From an uncultured Erysipelotrichaceae bacterium (GTDB lineage: Bacteria > Bacillota_I > Bacilli_A > Erysipelotrichales > Erysipelotrichaceae), in assembly GCA_942493105.1 (NCBI GenBank), contig OW818668.1, forward strand, positions 180,001-212,000: a stretch of DNA of 32,000 nucleotides. The letters run 5' to 3'. The translations under genes were made by a program, and so were the position numbers. This document shows positions 26,551-32,000 of this stretch, piece by piece. The notes below the pieces were generated by a model. It ran no database searches. It was not told where the DNA came from and worked only from the letters and a program-made list of their open reading frames with translations. How positions within the stretch are numbered: position 1 is the stretch's first letter; each line of letters starts with the position of its first letter.

Positions 26551-27012
26551 TCAAGCAATTTGAGCACTCATCAGCGCATAGAGCGCCTCAGGAGTGGCTG
26601 CTTCCTTAATTTGGGTCAGCAAGCTTTCGTTTTGGATCATATCCATCAAACTTTGCAAGACTGACATATGCGAATGCGATTCTTTTAAGGCCAACATAAA
26701 CATGACTTCAACGTCGATCAGTTCATCATGATTGCCCATCATACGAAACTGAACCGGATTTTTTAAAGTTGCGACAGCCAAGACCGACGTGTTGACGTAG
26801 CAAGGATCCGCATGTGGAATCGCTACCCCTCGGCCAAATCCTGGCAAACCTGTTGAGAATTCTGCTTCTCGATCAAGAATCGCCTGAATGAAAGTATCCT
26901 TTACATAGCCTTCTGCTTTTAACTTTTCAGCTAAGATCACTAAGGCTTCATCCGCGTTTTGAGCTTCAATATTCAATAAGATAACTTTTGAATTGAATAG
27001 AGATGCGCTCAT
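26551..27012 (-). CDS. PTS EIIA, mannitol/fructose/Ntr-type (UlaC-like)
   Basis: 153 aa with GVAIPHADP phospho-His motif. ATGA overlap with the upstream mini-gene. Confidence 0.88.
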   Translation of the reverse strand: MSASLFNSKVILLNIEAQNADEALVILAEKLKAEGYVKDTFIQAILDREAEFSTGLPGFGRGVAIPHADPCYVNTSVLAVATLKNPVQFRMMGNHDELIDVEVMFMLALKESHSHMSVLQSLMDMIQNESLLTQIKEAATPEALYALMSAQIA

Positions 27013-27206
27013 TTGGATGCTTCTTCCGCAACGATCAGTGTTGCCTTAAATTCACTGGGTGTAAAAGATATGGATTGGTTTTCCGCAAGTCTGCGTAAAC
27101 CAGTTCCTGTAATGTCTGCCATTTTAAACGTATATTCTTTGTGGTCTTCGCCGACAATCACGCCAGCACCTTTAACCAAACTATAGAATTTCACGATGCC
27201 CTTCAT
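27009..27206 (-). CDS. 65-aa cold-shock-domain-like OB-fold protein with degenerate RNP motifs
   Basis: Collinear with CspB (GIVKFY..VKGAGVIV......EYTFKMADI.G.G...L.ENQSISF). RNP1 KGFGFI is KGAGVI and RNP2 VFVHF is YTFKM. Good RBS (GAGAGG). The stop overlaps the EIIA start (ATGA). Confidence 0.65.
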   Translation of the reverse strand: MKGIVKFYSLVKGAGVIVGEDHKEYTFKMADITGTGLRRLAENQSISFTPSEFKATLIVAEEASK

Positions 27207-27260
27207 AGTTACCTCTCTTTATGACTTCTTTAATGCAACTTCTATTTCACAGCGTGAAAT

Positions 27261-29213
27261 TTAACTGCTTAATAAAACTTCACTGATGGCTTGTGCCACT
27301 TCTTCTTTATCCTTCATTGAACAGATTCGATTCCATAGGGCTAAGTCATCACTGTGATCGGCCAAATGACTGAAGAATGGGATCGTATCAGATGCATCTT
27401 CTTTGGTTGAGACTACGTTGAGGATCATTTTGACCTCAACATCTTTTTCCCAAAGGACGGGATGTGTCAGGATGACCACTTGGATACAACTTCTTAAGAC
27501 ATAAGCGAAGTCACCATGAGGAATCGCAATCATCGATGAGATGACAGTAGGTCCCAAAGCTTCTCTCTCAAGCATGCTTTCCAGATAACCTTCAGTAACG
27601 AGTTTACGTTTACTTAAAGTCTGATTTAAGAAATATAAGACATCTTCTTTGGTTTTCAGATCGACATTTAAGTGGATATCGTCTTTGGTGATCGCAGCTT
27701 TAGTAGGTGCAAATGTTTTCTTGCCTTCTACGATTTCTCGGATGGCATTCATATCGTACTGTGGTAGTAAAGGATTGATGATGATCGTTTTGATCTTCGA
27801 TTGAATGGCCACCGTTGAGATGATCAGATCGATCTTTGATTCATCGTAACTATCAACGTCCATCGTAGAGGTCACATCGACGATCTCAAGGTTATTGAAA
27901 GCGCGTTTTAGTTTCGCCACAATGAGTTGAGATGTTCCTAATCCGCTGGCACACATAACTAAGGTCCGGATCGGTTTGATATTGCGTTCTCTGGCTGCTG
28001 CAAAGTGTAAGACCAGATAAGCAATTTCATTGGGTGGCATTTCAATGTGGAACATAGATTTAAACAAAGATACATGGTTGGCTATGGCTTGATAGATCGT
28101 AGGATAGGAGAATTTAATCTCTTCAAACATTGGATTCTCTAGAGATAGCCCATAAAGCAGGCGGTTAATGGTGGGTTTAAGATGTAGGATCAAACTATTG
28201 AACAGTTGCGTATCTGTTTCTAGAAACAGATTGAGTTCCATTTGAACATTCTGGATGAATTTTAAGATGAGATCTTCTAGGACAGGTGTATCTGATGAGA
28301 GCTTGAAGTTAAAGACATTAAGACCTTCTTTAATACGTTTGGCTCCCATAAAATGAAGCAAGATATAATAGGTTTCTGTTTCAGATAAAACAACATTGAA
28401 GACAGAGTTGATGCGTTGAGCGGTTTCTAAGGCAATGGCGTATTCTTCTTGATGGTCTAGGGCTTGAATCAATTCGTCGGTCAAACGAATGTTGTTGCCT
28501 TGTTTTGTACGTCTTATCGCAATTGCGATGTGGATGATCAAGTTGATCCTGGCTTCCATAGAGAAGGAATAGCCTAACTTGATTTCTGATTCCGCTACGA
28601 TCTCTTCGACTTTCTTATAATCCAGTTGAAGTGACTCTTCAAAACGATTGACGAAGGAATGAGAACGGCGATCTGTGTTGTCTTGGTTGTAGTAAACAAG
28701 ATTCTTGTTTTCTTCAAAGGGGACAAGCTTAGCCATTGCTTTACGCTTATTGCTTTCTTCCCCAACAATCACAGTGCCTTCACCTTTTAAATATTCAATG
28801 ACTAAGTTGAAGTCTGCTAACATCGCATTGAGTTCACTGATGTCTTTGGTGATCGTAGAACGGCTGACATAATAGTCTAAACCCAGTTCTTTGATCATAA
28901 GCGGTCGGTTTTCCGCAAACAATTTCGATAAGATCGAACGTTGTCTTTCTTGAGGGGTTAAATAACTGGTATCTCTGCGAGTTTTAAAGGTAGATAGCAA
29001 TTGTTGTTTATCACTGGGATCCCCTTCAATGGTGATACCTTGACCCGGTTTTTTGATCATGACCAAATGATGATCTTGAAGGATGGGTTCTATCAGATCT
29101 AATTCATTGCGAACTGTCTTGGGTGAACTGTTGACTGCTTTGGCGATCAAGTCAACACTGACCAGATTCTTTTCACTCAGGATGAATTTAACGATATCTT
29201 CTTTTCTGTTCAT
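27261..29213 (-). CDS. PRD-domain transcriptional regulator of the MtlR/LicR/ManR class (HTH-HTH-PRD-PRD-EIIB-like-EIIA-like)
   Basis: N-terminal winged-HTH pair, two PRD-like helical regions with conserved His (LILHL, LVLHFAAA), an EIIB(Gat)-like LVMCASGLGTSQ and an EIIA-like AIPHGDF. Start moved to the ATG at 29213 behind GAGGAG. Confidence 0.88.
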   Translation of the reverse strand: MNRKEDIVKFILSEKNLVSVDLIAKAVNSSPKTVRNELDLIEPILQDHHLVMIKKPGQGITIEGDPSDKQQLLSTFKTRRDTSYLTPQERQRSILSKLFAENRPLMIKELGLDYYVSRSTITKDISELNAMLADFNLVIEYLKGEGTVIVGEESNKRKAMAKLVPFEENKNLVYYNQDNTDRRSHSFVNRFEESLQLDYKKVEEIVAESEIKLGYSFSMEARINLIIHIAIAIRRTKQGNNIRLTDELIQALDHQEEYAIALETAQRINSVFNVVLSETETYYILLHFMGAKRIKEGLNVFNFKLSSDTPVLEDLILKFIQNVQMELNLFLETDTQLFNSLILHLKPTINRLLYGLSLENPMFEEIKFSYPTIYQAIANHVSLFKSMFHIEMPPNEIAYLVLHFAAARERNIKPIRTLVMCASGLGTSQLIVAKLKRAFNNLEIVDVTSTMDVDSYDESKIDLIISTVAIQSKIKTIIINPLLPQYDMNAIREIVEGKKTFAPTKAAITKDDIHLNVDLKTKEDVLYFLNQTLSKRKLVTEGYLESMLEREALGPTVISSMIAIPHGDFAYVLRSCIQVVILTHPVLWEKDVEVKMILNVVSTKEDASDTIPFFSHLADHSDDLALWNRICSMKDKEEVAQAISEVLLSS

Positions 29214-29331
29214 AGGCTCCTCTTGTTTGTTAAACTCAAGCAATCTTTGCCAATGCACACGATGCGTTATTTCGTGCAATTCTACCTCACAATCATTCTA
29301 TAATGAACATTTGTGATTAGATGGTGTGACA

Positions 29332-29363
29332 AGTCAAGTTTATTTCCACATCATTGTGGTAAA
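29332..29363 (-). promoter_or_regulatory. operator palindrome plus -35 element upstream of the PRD regulator/PTS operon
   Basis: Minus strand reads TTTACCACA-ATGA-TGTGGAAA-TAAAC-TTGACT. It is identical in both half-sites, the 5-bp gap length and the TTGACT to the module at 20994..21025. Confidence 0.6.
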
Positions 29364-29480
29364 TATCGAACTTTGTTTCGATAATTCACTTCAATATAAT
29401 AATCGATTTCATCAATTTATGACACAGAAATACCTTTTCAACTTAGGTGCATAAAATTCACAATTGTTCAATCACCCTAT

Positions 29481-29508
29481 TGATTTGATTTTTTATCGTG
29501 CTATGATG
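29481..29508 (+). promoter_or_regulatory. sigma-A promoter with extended -10 driving the riboswitch leader
   Basis: TTGATT, then 16 nt ending in TGc, then TATGAT. It ends about 20 nt upstream of the aptamer. Confidence 0.6.
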
Positions 29509-29527
29509 AGTCTAGCAATGAACCATG

Positions 29528-29605
29528 AATGAAAAGGCAAACTATCCGAAAGGATAGGACGCAAAGCTAGAGGGCCTTCCTTAAGGATGGCAGCCAGTTT
29601 CCAAG
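29528..29605 (+). promoter_or_regulatory. c-di-GMP-I (GEMM-I) riboswitch aptamer
   Basis: AAAGGCAAAC-UAUCC-GAAA-GGAUA-GGACGCAAAGC-UAGAGGGCCUUCCUUAAGGAUGGCAGCC. It has the conserved GGCAAAC, a P2 hairpin with GAAA tetraloop, the GGACGCAAAGC junction, and a P3 hairpin with a CCUUAAGG/GAUGG receptor-like internal motif. Compare the Vc2 core GGCAAACCAUUCGAAAGAGUGGGACGCAAAGCC. Confidence 0.8.
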
Positions 29606-29692
29606 TTATCGTTCTTTTTATTTAGGTAAAAAATGTTTCTGAATCATAATGTATTGTGTATGTTTTGCGAAGCGCGATGAAAGGAGCACATC

Positions 29693-31084
29693 ATGCGAAA
29701 GCATCACATGAAGAAAATTATGTTGGGAAGTCTAGGAGCCATTTTAATCTTATCTTTATTGTTTCAACCTGTCATGGCGATGACTGGCAACGACTTTGAC
29801 TTGATGACCACGATTACATCATTATTTACGAGAGTCAATTCACAGGATGAAAAGATTGCTGTTCTTGAAAACAAGATTGAAGAACTAAAGGATCTTTTGG
29901 ATGCTAAAAAGAATCCTCCAGAAATCATCCCCAAGGAAGAGCCTAGGGATACAGTCATTGAAACTGATCCACCTAAAGAAGAAGAAAAGGTTGAGGAAGA
30001 AAAACCAGTCGATCCAAAACCTGATCCAGAGTTAACGTTGAAGTTAACCATTAAAACAGGTGATGCTGGCTTGAAACTGACGTGGACAAAGGAAACTGAT
30101 GAAAATCTTCGTGGAGTCAAGATCGTTATTTCAGAGTCTAATCCTAAACCATCTTATCCTGATGATGGCTATCTAGCTTGGATTACTGACCCAAATGTTA
30201 CCTCACTATTGATTGATGGTTCAGAAACCTATAATGGTGGGGATATCGATGGGTCACTTAAGAGCGATACTACTTATTACTTTACAGTTACTTATGTCTA
30301 TGAAGATAAAAAAATAACGACCTCTACTGTCACCTACAAGACCCCCTCCTTCCTCACTCAAGATGACGAAGAATTGCCTGTTGATCCTGAGTCATTGGCA
30401 CTAACCATCATAACTTTAGATGATTCTTTGCAGTTGAGTTGGACACCTGAACCAAGTAAATCTCTTTTAGGGTATAAGGTTGTCATCTCTGAATCCAATC
30501 CTAACCCTTCTTATCCTAATGATGGTTATTTAAAATGGATCACTGATCGTGCTCAGACCTCACTCACTATTGATAACGCAGAATCCTATAATGGCGGAGA
30601 TATCAATGGGACACTTAAAGGGGATACGATCTATTACTTTACCATTACCTATGTCTATGCGGATGAAAAAGTAACGACCTCAACTGTAACCTTTAAGACA
30701 CCATCTTCCTTCTCTCAAGATGAAGAAGAACAGCCAATAGATCCTGAATCCTTGGAGTTGATTTATAAAATTTGGGATAATACTGTTCAATTGAGTTGGA
30801 CACCTGAACCCAGTAAATCTCTGTTAGGGTATAAAGTTGTCATATCTGAATCCAATCCTAACCCTTCTTATCCAGACGATGGTTATCTTAGATGGATCAC
30901 CAACTGGGAAGAAAATTCAATAATTATCGATAACTCCGAATCCTACAATGGAGGCGACATCAACAGTTACCTCAAACCTAATACCAATTACTATCTAGCC
31001 ATCACCTATATTTATCAAGACCACAAGGTTACTACTGACCCAATTGTGGTGCTAACGCCCGCAACTTTACATACAAACCGATAG
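29693..31084 (+). CDS. secreted protein: signal peptide, coiled coil, Pro/Glu/Lys linker and three 119-aa repeats
   Basis: Signal peptide ending PVMA, a heptad-like DEKIAVLENKIEELKDLLD, a PEIIPKEEP...EEEKPVDPKPDPE linker, then three copies of L.W........GYKVVISESNP.PSYP.DGYL.WI......ID..E.YNGGDI.G.LK.DT.YYF.ITYVY.D.KVTT. AAAGGAG lies 6 nt before the ATG. No LPXTG or C-terminal anchor seen. Confidence 0.85.
   Translation: MRKHHMKKIMLGSLGAILILSLLFQPVMAMTGNDFDLMTTITSLFTRVNSQDEKIAVLENKIEELKDLLDAKKNPPEIIPKEEPRDTVIETDPPKEEEKVEEEKPVDPKPDPELTLKLTIKTGDAGLKLTWTKETDENLRGVKIVISESNPKPSYPDDGYLAWITDPNVTSLLIDGSETYNGGDIDGSLKSDTTYYFTVTYVYEDKKITTSTVTYKTPSFLTQDDEELPVDPESLALTIITLDDSLQLSWTPEPSKSLLGYKVVISESNPNPSYPNDGYLKWITDRAQTSLTIDNAESYNGGDINGTLKGDTIYYFTITYVYADEKVTTSTVTFKTPSSFSQDEEEQPIDPESLELIYKIWDNTVQLSWTPEPSKSLLGYKVVISESNPNPSYPDDGYLRWITNWEENSIIIDNSESYNGGDINSYLKPNTNYYLAITYIYQDHKVTTDPIVVLTPATLHTNR
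30008..31081 (+). repeat. three tandem 357-nt coding repeats inside the secreted protein gene
   Basis: Units start near 30008, 30380 and 30737. Units 2 and 3 share near-identical DNA over the first 100 nt or so (TTGAGTTGGACACCTGAACC.AGTAAATCTCT.TTAGGGTATAA.GTTGTCAT.TCTGAATCCAATCCTAACCCTTCTTATCC). Confidence 0.85.
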
Positions 31085-31100
31085 TTAAACAATGATACAG

Positions 31101-31130
31101 AAAAACCATGATATAAAATGGTTTTTTTCT
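31101..31130 (+). terminator. rho-independent terminator after the repeat-protein gene
   Basis: AAAAACCAT-GATATAAA-ATGGTTTTT followed by TTCT. Confidence 0.85.
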
Positions 31131-31230
31131 GCTTAAATATTGGGTTTTGTCGTGTTGTGTTTGACCTATAGTTTTGATAGAATGTGTTTAAATTAGATGA
31201 CATATCGCACATGCGCGGAAAGGGATCATC

Positions 31231-31917
31231 ATGAAGAAGAAGAGACATATCTTACGCAATATTTTCTTGGTTATTGTATTGCTTATCGTTATAGTCGTTG
31301 GCATGTTTTTTATCCCAAAAACAGTCAATGTTGCTTACACAGATAATGATCTTCAATCCTATTTGGACAAAGGTGGCATTACCTTAGATGAAAACAGTGC
31401 CAGTATTGAAGACATCTTTTTTGGGAATTATGTTTCTAAAGGAAGACGCTCTGTTGAGGGGGTCATCACCAGTGCCGAAGCCACAGCCATTCTTAATAAA
31501 GTTGCGGATGGAAACAGTATCTTAACCAACATTCGTGTTAAATTTGTCGGGGACAACAAATACATTGCTTCAGCTCAAATCGGCAGTGATTTCAGTATGG
31601 TCTATGATAGATTTCCTGCTGCGAAAGATTATTCTGGTTGGATCGATACGACCTTAAAAGGACGCTCGATCTATGGAGAAGGCACTTTGATTCAGGGCTC
31701 AAATAAGCCATTTGAAGCAACTTTCACCAACATCTCTGTTGGTTATATCCCTTTACCTGTTGATCAAGCCAATAACTACGGAACTGCTTTAGGAACAGAA
31801 ATGAATCGTATCTTTCAAACATTACCAGGGTTCAGTATGCAAAGCTTTAAGATTGATAAAGAAGGCCTTCATTTTAAAGGGACCATTCCAACAGAAATTG
31901 AAGCGCTCGGTTCTTAA
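31231..31917 (+). CDS. N-terminally membrane-anchored protein of unknown function
   Basis: MKKKRHILRNIFLVIVLLIVIVVGMFFI signal-anchor followed by a soluble domain of about 195 aa with no motif I recognise. It has its own upstream region after a terminator. Confidence 0.6.
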   Translation: MKKKRHILRNIFLVIVLLIVIVVGMFFIPKTVNVAYTDNDLQSYLDKGGITLDENSASIEDIFFGNYVSKGRRSVEGVITSAEATAILNKVADGNSILTNIRVKFVGDNKYIASAQIGSDFSMVYDRFPAAKDYSGWIDTTLKGRSIYGEGTLIQGSNKPFEATFTNISVGYIPLPVDQANNYGTALGTEMNRIFQTLPGFSMQSFKIDKEGLHFKGTIPTEIEALGS

Positions 31918-32000
31918 TTCCTTCTCTTAAACCATTCATATCGATCTTACGCATTTCATTGATGGGCATTGCTTTTATAATAAAAAACTTTTGAGGTTGA

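Noticed and set aside
29606-29692. Intrinsic terminator as the expression platform of the c-di-GMP riboswitch.
   Set aside because: A U-run exists at 29613-29623, but I could not fold a convincing GC-containing stem directly upstream of it. The platform type is left undetermined.
31874-32000. Minus-strand open frame entering from the right window edge (...KFFIIKAMPINEMRKIDMNGLREGIKNRALQFLLEWSL*), overlapping the 3' end of the 31231-31917 gene by 44 nt.
   Set aside because: Only 42 codons are visible, there is no recognisable motif, and the convergent overlap is sizeable. It cannot be supported from this window.
1-32000. CRISPR arrays, tRNA/rRNA genes, IS elements, integrases, toxin-antitoxin pairs or known defence-system genes.
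   Set aside because: Intergenic regions are short, apart from 20698-21062, 23180-23556 and 29214-29692. Those three contain only short operator-like repeats, the riboswitch and terminators, and no ORF shows transposase, recombinase or nuclease motifs.

Overview
AT-rich Bacillota-type chromosomal window with 32 supportable protein genes, 28 of them on the minus strand. By eye I found no rRNA, tRNA, CRISPR array, transposase or integrase. Left third: a long minus-strand operon cdaA-cdaR-glmM (the c-di-AMP synthase module). It continues through 1-nt stop/start overlaps into an OmpR-type response regulator, a histidine kinase and an alpha/beta hydrolase. Next come single genes: TraB-family, sugar nucleotidyltransferase, zinc-ribbon membrane protein, serine hydrolase and ABM monooxygenase. 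Then a nagA-like deacetylase preceded by an orphan EIIB(Man)-like gene whose phospho-His is Arg, and a secreted S8 protease / SagB-type nitroreductase / triple-FN3 protein group. Middle and right: (1) an E3-E1alpha-E1beta-E2 lipoamide dehydrogenase operon; (2) a ulaD-like decarboxylase + cyclase-family hydrolase + class II aldolase operon; (3) a LipL/LipM/LplA-family lipoyl transferase; (4) an operon of PRD-type regulator + degenerate cold-shock-like mini-protein + EIIA/EIIB/EIIC (ascorbate family) + small membrane protein. Main hunting results: (a) a class I c-di-GMP (GEMM-I) riboswitch lies in the 29.2-29.7 kb intergenic region in front of a secreted protein made of three 119-aa repeats. (b) A near-identical 32-bp module (palindrome TTTACCACA-N4-TGTGGAAA, 5 bp, then TTGACT) sits in front of both the PRD-regulator/PTS operon and the dehydrogenase operon. 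This argues that PTS, ulaD/cyclase/aldolase, lipoyl transferase and the E1/E2/E3 complex form one co-regulated, non-canonical catabolic locus lacking UlaG and UlaE. That locus is my best candidate for an undescribed system. Functional claims rest on motifs I recognise in the translations; no database search was possible. Many ORF-track starts were moved to downstream ATGs that have clear Shine-Dalgarno sequences.
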